Shown one piece after another: positions 36,198 to 47,489 of a stretch of 64,000 bases of DNA (position 1 is the stretch's first letter; every line of letters begins with the position of its first letter). The position numbers and the translations under genes were made by a program. The stretch is from Antechinus flavipes (taxonomy: Eukaryota). The stretch is taken from the NCBI RefSeq assembly GCF_016432865.1, contig NC_067401.1, positions 185,504,001-185,568,000 on the forward strand. Reading direction: 5' to 3'. The notes beneath the pieces are model-generated. The model was not told where the DNA came from, did not search any database, and saw only the letters and a program-made list of their open reading frames with translations.

Positions 36198-36834
36198 TGT
36201 GATAAAATCTAGACAAGTTGCAGTCTGAGTGAGAAATGATGAGATAGCTGCCATGGGGTGCCCTTCCTAAATGGCAGATCTAGAAAGAACTCTCTGGTAT
36301 TCACCCTTTACCTTCTCCAATCAGATGATCCCCAGTATTACTGGGTATTGAAAACACCTAAGTTTCAGAGTTGATATTATCCTGCAGAATGATGAGTTTC
36401 TGGAGACCACAATGAATTCCAGGAGTGCAATCTATGAGAAAGAACTTTAAGGCTTGCAGAGCACTTTATATAATATTTGAGATTCAGAACACTTCTAGTG
36501 GTGAAGAAGGGTCCCCAAAACTCAAACTCTTTGAAGGAGAAAATTTCCTTCAACTCTTCTGTGAGGGACCCCGCCAGAGGGAAACAAGACAAACAGTTTC
36601 ATTCTGTTATCTAGGTGGGGTCAGTTCAGTCCTGAGCAAAAGAATTCCAATCCTATTCAATTAAAGTTCATATCCTCTACTATCCCTAGAAGTTCATATC
36701 AGTTATTTGCATGATACTTTCTCTCCATCTCATTTAAATTCCTGACCACCAGAAACCTTAATCTCATTTTAGTTCCCTAAATCTAGACCTTATCACCCTC
36801 TACAAAAGGGAACCCCAAAACCTAAACCTCATCA
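36198..36834 (+). mobile_element. LTR fragment (same 3' tandem block as 40915-41060)
   Basis: Starts tgtgataaaat, ends ...aatctcattttagttccctaaatctagacc...aaacctcatCA; boundaries approximate. Confidence 0.55.
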
Positions 36835-37322
36835 GTAGGAGGCCATTAAAACAGAGAAGGAAGCAGGATTCCAAGGTCTGTACTGGAGGTCTCTATGTCT
36901 GACATAAATCACTTCTCCATGAATGGCACTAACACTGGAAGAACACAGGTAAATATGATTTTGAATGTACCATTTCCATTTAAGGCTAGAAGCCCCCTGT
37001 GACCTACCAGACTTGTTAAAGGAATTTTCTTGCACCATTCAACCTGTAATAGGCAACTCTGGACAAAAGATGGTTGTATGATCTTGGGTTATCTGTTCAG
37101 AAGCACTTAGCAACTGTTTTTCAAAAACTGTATGGTAAGTGGCCTTTTTGGTGAATTGCAACGTAGAAGCCTAAAGGCTGCTCATTCTGATTTTTTTGGT
37201 GTCTGCTAAAGAGACTATTCAGTCTGATCTTTGTGGATAGATATCTCTAGATAAATGAGAACCCAAGGAGAGAGAAGTGACTTACTCAGGGACACATAGC
37301 TAGTTAAATGTAAAGTATCTGA

Positions 37323-37465
37323 GGGGCAGCTAGATGCCACAGTGCATAGAGCACCAGCCCTGAAGTCAAGAGGACTTGAGTTCAAATGTGACTTCAGACA
37401 CTTAACACTTCCTAGCTGTGTGACCCTGTGTCACCCCAATTGCCTCAGAAGAAAAAAAAAAAAAA
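37323..37465 (+). mobile_element. WSINE1-type SINE inserted in an older CORE-SINE
   Basis: Full head-to-polyA; TSD aaagtatctgag on both sides. Confidence 0.85.
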
Positions 37466-38785
37466 GTATCTGAGGCTAAATTCAGGTCTTCCTGACTTTA
37501 GGGCCAGTGCTGCCTCACCTACTTTAGGTCTTAGAGAGCTATTATTTGTCCCAACTTGAAAGAGGCAGATGTGGGAAATGGTGGTCATCAGCATATTCAG
37601 GTGGGGAATATGGATTCTCTAAAACCCAAATAAAACTCTGGGGTTCCTTCTTAGATAATAAGAAGTTTAGTCCAGATTGTGCCTGGAATCATCTGGGTCT
37701 TTCCCAAAACTATTCCACAAGGTCTGGCTGCTGGACAGCTTTTTGGAATCACAGAGGAGTTAGTAAGAGGCAAACATCAAAGAGGGATGAGCAGCCCTGA
37801 AGAAGGGCTCACTCAGCAAGTCTTCACACTGGAGATGCTAGACCTCTTTCAATACCCTATACATACTGTCTCAGTAGAAGACTAAACAAGGTTGAAGGAA
37901 ACTGACAGACCTCAAACTCATTGGTGAGTTAGGGAGATATCTACCCCAACCAAGGGAAGTCTGCTCTGGTGGAATGGGCAGATGAGAGCATTTTGTTCCA
38001 ATGGTATTGAAGCAGGTGCTATATAACGCTTAGCGCCTGGTCAGACATTGAAGATGTCAAGATTATCGATTGTATCCCAAGCCATCACCAGTCATTTTGA
38101 CTTCTGTCCTGTCACTGAATTTCAAGAACTCTAGAAGAGATAATGAGACTGATGACTTTGTACAACTCTGCCTCACTTAAATGCATTTGAAGAGCAGCAC
38201 TCATAATGTCATTGGTACCATTTGAAAACAAAAATTCCATGATATTTCTCAAAATTTGAACGTTGGACCCTGGATTTTCTTAAAAGTTGATTTCCCATCT
38301 CTTTGTCCCTCACATAAGCTACCATGTGATTTGTGGTTCCTACCATCAGGGCTGCATCTGGACCAGTTACCATGTTAGCAATGTAATGGTGTAAAATACA
38401 TAATCAATGCCTTCACAGAAGTCTAGGGCTTAACATAAAGTGGCCTTGGTGTGGCAGTATTACAGAAAGTTCTGGTATTCTAGGATAAGGACAGTAAAAT
38501 ATTGGACTCCTTCCAGGTAAAAATTCATCCTGCCTAATTTAAGCCATAGGAATAGTAGAAATGGATTTGATAAGGTAAATAATTCTATGCTAATCCTGGG
38601 TTTGGCTACCTGGTTTACTTCATTGACAAGGTCAAGAATAGTTGCTGTGTTGGAAATGATAATAGTTCAGTCCCCTATAGTCCACTATACGCTGCTGGGT
38701 GCCATTTGATTTCCTCGTAAATAACACTGGATATTTATAAGAACAATTGTTATAACAAAGTACTCCTGCTTCCTTCATATTCATT

Positions 38786-38940
38786 TTTGCTATTGTTCAG
38801 TCATTTCAGTCATGTCAAACTCTTCATGGCCCCGTTTGGAGTTTTCTTGCCAAGATACTGGAGTAGTTTTCTATTTCTTTCCTAACCAGCTCATTGCGTT
38901 AAATGACTTGCCCAGAGTCACACAGCTAACTGTCTGAAGT
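38786..38940 (-). mobile_element. MAR1 SINE (CORE + BovB-like tail)
   Basis: ttgttcagtcatttcagtcatgtc...ttttcttgccaagatactggagt...aaatgacttgcccagagtcacacagcta. Confidence 0.75.
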
Positions 38941-39136
38941 TCAGTTTATCCATCACTAGAGAAGAAATATCTTTTATTCCCTTTGGGGACCTGATATCAT
39001 TCAACGTTAACTACGTGGGTAAATCTAAGGGTTTCCATTTAGCACTACTCACAGTAACATGAAGAGAGATAACTGAAAGGTTCTGCATGGAAACTGATTT
39101 CCAAGAGTTCAGTGTTGTGCCACATTTCCCTTTTAA

Positions 39137-39542
39137 TGTCCTGAACCAGTTTCCCTAATTGTCCTACCTCAGTTATTCTGCCTCAAGCTATAATCATTCC
39201 CTCTTAATGTTTCATAGGATAAAGGTCTTATATCTTAGACATCATTAGAATATCAGGAGCTGCTTTGGTACCTCCCTCCATTACATCATCTTAGGTGCCT
39301 CCCTCTATTATGTTATCCCCATGCTAGGTGCTCCTCCCATTAGGTCATCTCCATCCAGGTACCTCCCTTATTATGTCATCGTTCTTGTTACCCTATAAAA
39401 GAATCTTGTATCAACATTAAAGGCCTCATTCAGCCCTGGGACTAAACCATGGATCCATTTGGTCCCAGTAAATCTCTCCCTTACAAATAAAATATTAAAT
39501 ACTCTCTAATCTCTATCTTGCCTCAGTTTCTCCAACATTACA
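39137..39542 (+). mobile_element. Solo LTR with ~33-bp U3 tandem repeats
   Basis: Four ggt(a/g)cctccc...att... repeats at ~39267-39380, TATAAAA ~39395, AATAAA ~39487, ends ttaCA; 5' boundary uncertain. Confidence 0.65.
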
Positions 39543-39948
39543 CATATAACATTTATCTCCAAGCCCTGTCCTTTAGCTTTTCTGAATGATTGGCCAGGGA
39601 CTTTAGAAGTAAATTTAGCCTTGGGTGGGATTGTAGAGTCTCCATTCTCTTGTGCTAACCTTCCCCATATGGTTTTATGGCACTCCCCCAGGTTCTTTCA
39701 AGTCCCTGTTTCAAGAGTCTTGCCCTATGCTCCCTCTCTGAGATAGTGTTATTGTATTCTCCTCTCCCCATTTCCAGAATATCTATTTATACTGACCTCA
39801 GTATTCAACCAACTCATAACTATTTAGACATCTTACTCAAATCTCATCTATTTATCAGCTCACATCTATATGGTGGTCAGGGAGATCCCTGGCTAAAGCC
39901 TGAAGTCATTCTGGTGGGGCTCTATACAGAAGATGCCATATAATTGTC

Positions 39949-41060
39949 TGTGATACAAGCCATGGGCTATGTGTGACTCATATATAAATCCAATCTATCA
40001 AAATCCTTTAGGAACTTCACTCCTTCTAAGGGGGGACAGACTAGAAAAAAGAATTTGTCTTTATGGGACCAGGTACAAATAATTGCCCATCTCAGCTGCC
40101 TAAAAAGAGACAAAAGGCAGTCCTCATCTGAAACTCTTAATAAATTGAGCTGTTCTGTAATAAATCCTTAGATAACCTGCCCAAGACAATGGAACTCAGC
40201 TGAGTGTCTCAGCATTGGCTCCATTAGACCTGGCTTTCAGGAGCCATTTTTTTTTTTTTTTTCAGATTGAGAGGGGAGCTCTGAAACTTTCTAAAACTCC
40301 TTGAAAGACAGATTCTCCTTGAATCCTGACCTCTGTAAAGATCCTGAGAGAAGGGCACCACCCACCTTGACAACACTCACTACTGATTAAGCTTCCTATT
40401 GAATTAAAGAGACTCATTCAATTCTATTCAAATTCAGCTCAAGCTATACCCAGCCCCATCAAGAGCAACCCCCAGCTTGTAGCCAAGGCTTATAAAAAGA
40501 GCAATCAAACCCTCTCTTTGCAGAGGAGCTAACATTCCATCCTTGGCATAGAAGCAAAACTCTGCCCGCTGGGATGATATTCTCTTCCAGCTTACCCTCT
40601 CTTTATCCTCACCTATTTCCCTAATAAGACTTTATATCTCTCTGTCAGGATTTCTCTACTAGAAACTTTACTTCTCTGCCAGGACTGCTCCACTACTTTA
40701 CTCTCTTTTCAGAATCTTGCTACTAAGGAATTCAGCCTTTCTATTCATGCATAGCAAAGGCTGGTTTTCCAATGCCAATAATAAACTTCTTTTACCAATC
40801 TAAGTTTTCAGGTTGGTAAATTCCTTTACAAAGGACCTCTGCACAGCCAGAAGGGGGGTTCCCAAAACTCTTTACCCATGCACCGAATCCCAAGGGGGTG
40901 TAAGGGAGCTAAACCTCTCCATTTGGTTCCCTAAACCCTGAATCTGCCACTAGACCTTATCATTTGACTCCCTGAACACCAGAACCCTAATCTCATCATT
41001 TGATTCCCTGAATCTAATCTCATTTGGTTCCCTGACCACCCCTAAATCTAGACTTCATCA
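39949..41060 (+). mobile_element. Long solo LTR (ERV1-like)
   Basis: TATAAAAA ~40491, ccaatgccaataataaac poly(A) block ~40770, four atttg(g/a)(t/c)tccct tandem units at the end, terminal CA. Confidence 0.7.
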
Positions 41061-44000
41061 AAGTGACTCATCAGATTTCTGTATGAACTCCTACAACCAA
41101 GCTTCCATTACTTCCTGCTCCCTCAGGGAAGGGAATTCTTCTCTTCAGGTACAATAATAAGGCAATTCTGGAGCCTTTTTTTTTTTTTTTTTTAAACACC
41201 TACCTTCCTTACTTTCACTCTCATTTTTCATGCTTTCAACTTCAGAGGGATATAACAGAACTGGAATCTCTGGAAAATGGGTCAGAGACTGTATGGGAAG
41301 TTTCTGTCTATGGCTTGGTCAGTTCCAGTCACTATCTCCATTAAGCTGTCCTTTAGCTTTCATTGCATGGTCCTAGTTGTTGTGTCTATTCTCTAGTTGC
41401 TAAAAGTGCTGGGCCATTCATTTTAAGTCTTATGTTGGCAATCCAACTGCAGAACACTCAATAGCAACCAAAGTATGCTGGCAGTTTGGGCATTTTTTTA
41501 GCCATCTTTATCCCCTTGGGTGACATCAAGGACACTGATTGATCAAGATATCTTTATTAAGCTAGTTATCCTGATCCCAATGGGAAAGTTTCTTTATTCT
41601 ATATTGTTTGGTACACATTCTTCTATGTATACCTTTCTCTGATTTATGTTCTGCTAGGATTTGGATAAACGGGCTTCTTTACTAGTCACTATATATGTTC
41701 ACCGTAGAACTGTTATTTGGTGGGAAAGAGGTCAAACCTTGGATATAGAGCTTGGGGTCCTCTTAGCCTGCAGAAATGACAGAGTAATCAAAAATTAGGC
41801 AAAACTTGATCATATCTCCTAGACTAACAATAATTAAGGGGAGCAGATACACATATCTCTAGACTGATACTCTATCAGCAGAGTGCTGTCTCTAGCCCTA
41901 ACTTCCTTCTTTCCCTGTTGGTAGGAATGAAAGTCTCCCTTTGAAAAGACTGAGTAAAGAGGAGGCTAGAGACGTCTGTTCTGTCTTCCTCCTTGCCTTA
42001 AGTGGGCCTCACTATACTATTCCTATCAAAGACAGCCCTCTTTGCATTTGAGACCCACCTATCACACTGTATTTCATATATGTGAGTGCTCTGTTAAGTA
42101 GAACTATAACTTTGATCTCTTATCTTTTAAACTCTTATGGTTTGGGTGGTTAATTTTTTTTTCCTAAAAACTGTGACAATTTAATTTCTGTCCTGTGCTT
42201 CTTCAATATACTTTCTCAGGACCAGCCCCAGTGTATTGTATTTTTATTTATTTTGTTGAACATCTTCCAATTTTAATTTCATGTGGGTATCACTTGAGAA
42301 TTCTGTGACAAGATCAAAAGTATGCTATGCAGTCATAATAATCTCACTGTATTTGCAGCATTCTTCTCCAATTCAACCATGAGTCCATCTCCTCTTGTCC
42401 AAATTACCAGCTATTGCAAATGTTAGGGGCAGGTATGATGCTGGCATTTTATTAGTTCAGGTTTGATTCTGGGGAAAAATGAAAGCCTTGTAAGTTAACA
42501 GTTAATAAAAGGAAATTTTCTTTGATCTAACATATCATGGATAGTCAATATGGATACAGTTGTAGTAGAATTCATATCATATATACACTATATATATATA
42601 CATATATATTTATATATAAATACATACATGTGCAACACATATGTGTGTACATACAGACTCCCTGATTCTCCACATAGAAATTGTTCTAGTCGTTAAGGTA
42701 GAATATAGGGATTTGAATGGTCTTTAGACATCCACTAAGTGGAAGGTGCCCTGATTCCATATGGGTAGGTCCTTTTATACATTTATTTAACCAAACCTAT
42801 AACAAGAGAATCATGGGCAAATATACCTTGGGGGTAGTTTTTTCCCATTAGGGAAAACTAGTTGCTGTTGTGAGGAAATTAGAAACCTTGGTAGATATTA
42901 CAGTTGTAAGGTTTCTTTTTGAGGTATGGTCTAACTCTAAAGTTATGTGATTCTATGATTGATTGTTTCCTCTTTCAATTCATCCTTCCACACCAATCCA
43001 AAATAATCTTCCTAAATCACAAGTCTAATCATTGTTACAACCTTGCTCAAAATATGAAATTTGTTCCTTTTTGCCTTTACAATAAAGTATAAAATCTCAA
43101 CATGGCATAAAAAAATCCACAATCTGTCTTCAAATTGCCTTTCAAGTCTTACTTCATATTATTTCACTTCTTTCACACTACATCCCAGCCCAACTGGAAT
43201 ATTTATTGTTTTCTGAACCTTGTCTCTATTCTAGGAATTTGTGGAAACCATTCTCCATACTCATGTACATCTTTCAGAATCCTTGTTCTTCTTCCTCACG
43301 CCTTCATTCATCCCATCCCCAAGCTATGAAGATTGTTCTTAACTATCTTCAAATTTTGCAGGAGAACTTAGTCTGGATTTTTTGCCATCTCGCTCCTTAC
43401 ATAATCTATTCTGCCCTCCAGAAAGACTACAACTTCCTTGACTTGTACCTACTTATTGTTTAATTAAATTACATGGAACTAACATTCCCAACTAAGTCCT
43501 CCCCTTCTTGATTGTTTAAGGAGTCCCCCATTCTAGGGCTGCTGGGGAATGACTCACTTGTTTTCTTCTGCCAAATGTTCTTGCCTGGTCTCTAGATATT
43601 CCAAACACCTTCAAATTTCCTGAAACCCCTCTTTTTAAGCTGGAAATGTTTCTTTGCAGATTCTTCACTATCAGCTAATTTGTCTAATCCAGATCCAAAT
43701 TTCAGCTCATTCATCTCCAGTCATCCTCCTTTATTTTCCCATTACCTCTTTATTCCTGCCAATCCAACTTTTTCCCTTCTTTATCCTCCCAAACTCACCT
43801 CAAAGTTCTCTTTATCCAGAATATCTTCTTTTAATGGCGATGCCCCATACTAATTATTTCTTTATTCTTCTCCTCCTCAGATCTGATGTACTTCCATCAT
43901 ACTGTCAGGAAGAAACTCTGAAATCCAAAACTTGGGAGATGTAAGTGGGATATTAATGTACCTAGTGTAATATCAATACAAGATTCCTGGATTTCAGGGG

Positions 44001-45479
44001 TACAAGATAAAACTCAAAGTGTTGGGCCTACTAGCAATGAAAGATTAGTCCCAATGGAGCTTAAAATAAAGAACAATGCTAATATAAGTCCATGGAAAAT
44101 AGGATTGAATGTAGAAAGACTCAGTCTACACACACCTTTTTAGGAGTGCAGAAGGCAAAAGTTTCTGTCTATATTCTTCCACTTGTGTTATGTGACTGAA
44201 TTGGTCAATAGGGATGATTCCTTGGAGCAAGCACAGATATTCCTCTCTTGAAACCAGTCTAATTGATCATATGAAAGCTGGTTGGGTCTACACCTGACCA
44301 TGTGTGATTCTTTACTGAGGGCTTTGCCCTGTATGATGATAAAGACTCTACTAAAGTAGCTTTTCATTATAGAAGAGCTGATGACTCGGGACTGAAATGG
44401 GAAATGACAAAGCATAATTCAATGCCAAGACAGAATTCAGTGGATCTACAAAAGGAGTAACGTGAAATCTCTCCTCTCTATCATCTCTCTCTTTCTTTCT
44501 ATCTCTGGACTATTACAACATAGTTCCACATATCAAGTAAAGGAGGGTATGATTGCCCTGCCTACCACTCATTGTCCATCAGCTGTGAGCATATGATTAC
44601 CTCTTCTTCTTGTGGTTTGTTTTTTCCTCCTCTTAAGTAAACAAATATTCCAAGGCAAACCAAAACTGTCAGAAACCTTATGAGTCCTGAAAGGTTAGCT
44701 CATCTTGGGAGGACTGGGAGGCAACAGCTACATCATGGACATCATGGACTTCAAGGAGAATGACTCCTCATAAAACTTCCTTGGTCATTTGGCAGCTATT
44801 TTTCTTTGCTGCTTCCTTCTATTATGTGAAAAGGAAAGGTATGGCATGACATGTCCATTTCTAAAGAGCAAGACTTGGTGAAGTTAAGGATAGTTTTATG
44901 TCCAGGGTATGAAATTGAGAAATTTGGGGGGGAAATGGGATTCTATATTTTCAATTATTAGACAGGAAGGAGTGGGGAGTTGTACAACAGCACATTGTGG
45001 ACTGCAATCCAGGGACTCTGGGTGGCATGGTATTCAGAATCTGAAATTCTGGGATGGGGTATCACTCCTGGGAAACCAGGGCTAGGGCTTCATTAGGACT
45101 ATGAGGGCATAGATAGATTAATAGATGTATATTTTCTCTTTTCTAGGATTTGTAATAGGGATACTTGCCTTGAACTGATCTTGCTGTTCCTCATGTAGAA
45201 AGTATTAGAACAGTATATAAGGGGTAGGGAAGAGCAAGGGTTGATGGATGGTATAGGTAGTAAAAGACAAAGGCTGAAGGGGAAGAGCTGTGGGTGGGTG
45301 CCTGACAGCTTTTGTTGGAGAGAAAATGTGACTCTATGTCATACCAGAAAAAGAAGTGGGAAAGACTAGGTTCTTTAGCTCTTGGAGGGTGGAAATCAGA
45401 AAAGTAGGAGATGTATGGCCTTTGGGCTCTGTTGTAGGCATGAATGAGGGGAAAATTATGCCATACCTATTGCTCTTTT

Positions 45480-45620
45480 TTTGGTGATGCAATTGAGGTT
45501 GAGTAACTTGCCCAGGGTCACACGGTTAGGAAATGCTAAGTGTCTGAGACTGGCTTTGAACTCAGGTCTTTCTGAATTTAGGTCTGGTACTCTTTACCCA
45601 TTGAGCCATCTGATTGCCCC
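45480..45620 (-). mobile_element. WSINE1/CORE-type SINE
   Basis: tgatgcaattgaggtt...cttgcccagggtcacac...tttgaactcaggtc...tgcccc. Confidence 0.75.
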
Positions 45621-45971
45621 TCCTCTTCTTTTAAACTGGTATGAGGCAGCATGATTTAGTAGGAAGAGACTTACAATTGGGTCAGTAGATATAGGTTTGA
45701 GGCTCATTCTGCTACTAACTAGCTTTATTATCTTAGACAAAATCAACTCAATGTTTTCAGCCATTCAGCTTCAGGTTCCTCATTTGTAAAATGAGAACCA
45801 TCTTTCTCCATCTCCTTCTCATAGTATAGTGTAAAGAAAGCATTTTGCAAGCCATAAAATACCACATAAACTTTGAATGGGTATTAGATTCTATCACCAG
45901 GAAATCTGCCTTTGGTATCTAGGATCAAGGCATCCCAGACATCAACTACAAGCTATTCCTTATTTTTCCAT

Positions 45972-45977
45972 TTTATT
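45972..45977 (-). terminator. AATAAA, probable SPEM1 polyadenylation signal
   Basis: 13 nt downstream of the SPEM1 TAG. Confidence 0.6.
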
Positions 45978-45990
45978 ATTCTCCATGACA

Positions 45991-46775
45991 CTACTCCATG
46001 GAGTAGTATACCCATTCCTGGCTTGGCTTTTCAGGAGAGTCTGGGGGGCGTGCATGGGGCAAGCTGTCAATACCCCTGTTTTCTTTCCATACTTGCCTCT
46101 TCTTTTCCCAGCTATTGTACATCACATGGCTTGTGGAGGGCACAGAATTGTAACTTAGAGGTTTAACTGTAACCTGGTGGAAGAGCTGGGAGAAATATCC
46201 ATACGTGCCTGATTCTGTATTCTCTCTGCAGCTCTGGGAGTCAGCATTATGTGATGAAGGCTTACTGGGGTACACATAAGCTTTCAGCTCCATCCTGGAC
46301 TTTGCTTCCACCCTCTTGGCTGGTCTTCCCAAGTATTGTTGGAAATGGGTCGCAGGAGATGGGGGACAAGTTGATAACTCTTCCCATTGTGCCTGAGGCG
46401 TTGGAGAATGGGAAACTTTGTCATCTCCAATGGGAAGCTTGGCATCTAGACACTGTTTAGGTTCTGATGAGAAAACTGAGTGTTGAAAGCAAGAGCCTGG
46501 AGGGGTCACGTCAAGAGTCAAAGTGTCCATAGAGCAGTGGTCAGAGAGAGCAAGGTTCTGACAAACTGCAGGATTCCAACGGGCAGCAGAATTAGGAAAG
46601 ACAGAATGGTTCCGACAGATAGGAGATTTCCAACAGACAGCAGGATTCTGACACACAGGAGAGTTTCTATAGACAGGGGGTTCCCGATAGGCAGGTCTCC
46701 ATGTCTGCTTCAGTGCTGGAGGCGTGTGGATGAGCAGTTTCTTAGGAACAACTGGGGCCAGCTTGAGCATGTTAT
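45991..46775 (-). CDS. SPEM1: SPEM1 exon 3 (785 nt)
   Basis: Acceptor ttcttcag|AT at 46776/46775. Reads HCSMDTLTLDVTPP...KSRMELKAYVYP...HVMYNSWEKKRQ...EWVYYSME*, paralleling recalled SPEM1 (RCTMDP, ELGLRAYVYP, IVYDARDMRRR, NWVYRSL). Total CDS 981 nt = 326 aa; position directly 3' of NLGN2 is syntenic. Confidence 0.85.
46546..46689 (-). repeat. Coding 18-bp tandem repeat, 8 units, within SPEM1
   Basis: YREPPV/YRNSPV/CQNPAV/CWKSPI/CRNHSV/FPNSAA/RWNPAV/CQNLAL. Confidence 0.85.
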
Positions 46776-46999
46776 CTGAAGAATGGGAAGGGGAAGGTGA
46801 GTAGAAGACTGGAAAAATGGCATACATCCCTTAGAGGAATGGGAACCATGTCAAAGCCTAGTACTGCAGCATCCAGATCCCTGAGAGGAACCATGAATTC
46901 TTAAGAGGTAGGGTCTGAGGGGAGAAATGATTGGGTCTCTGACCAGAGAAAAGGGAATAAAGAAGTAGCCTGGGATTTACTCAAGACCCTGTTACTTAC

Positions 47000-47057
47000 C
47001 TTCCTGAAAAAAATTATGGAATATTTGGTTGAAAGAGCCCCTAAGGCGGCACCGGAG
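47000..47057 (-). CDS. SPEM1: SPEM1 exon 2 (58 nt)
   Basis: gactcag|CTC...GAA G|GTAAGT; LRCRLRGSFNQIFHNFFQE. Confidence 0.9.
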
Positions 47058-47235
47058 CTGAGTCAGGGAGAAGGAATGAGTAAATATCCAGAGATCCTGG
47101 TTCTCTTACCCCTAAGGACCCTGTAATATGTCTCTAGCCCCTGGCTCTCCCTTCCTCCACCTCTCCCCATCCAAGGTTCTGGTCATCCCTCTGACTTATT
47201 CTCTGACACCCTCCCCAAAGATCCCAGGCCCTGAC

Positions 47236-47373
47236 CAGAGTCACCACATTGAGTCCAATGTTGATGAAGATGATGAGGCCCAGGAAGACCAAGATATATT
47301 CGCCCAGGTTCTGGCAATTTTCAGAACCACGACCTGAACAGGAATGGGTCCCTTGTTGGAAAGGGTTACCCAT
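47236..47373 (-). CDS. SPEM1: SPEM1 exon 1 (138 nt), TM helix
   Basis: atcATGG Kozak; MGNPFQQG...CQNLGEYILVFLGLIIFINIGLNVVTL; donor CTG|GTCAGG. Confidence 0.9.
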
Positions 47374-47461
47374 GATGGGGGGTCCCAGGGGACCCCCCAG
47401 GCCCCCCCCCCACCTTATTATGAATTTGTTCTAGAAGCCAGCAGTTATGGGGGAAAGGTGA

Positions 47462-47489
47462 GTCACAATGGGATGGAGACATCACAATA
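47462..47489 (-). promoter_or_regulatory. Paired (G/A)TCACAAT motifs upstream of SPEM1
   Basis: GTCACAATG at 47462-47470 and ATCACAATA at 47481-47489 (plus-strand reading). Confidence 0.55.

Noticed and set aside
39257-41060. Short repeats with spacers resembling a CRISPR array (39267-39380, 40915-41050)
   Set aside because: Degenerate tandem repeats within LTR U3/U5 regions in a mammalian genome; no constant repeat or regular spacer length.
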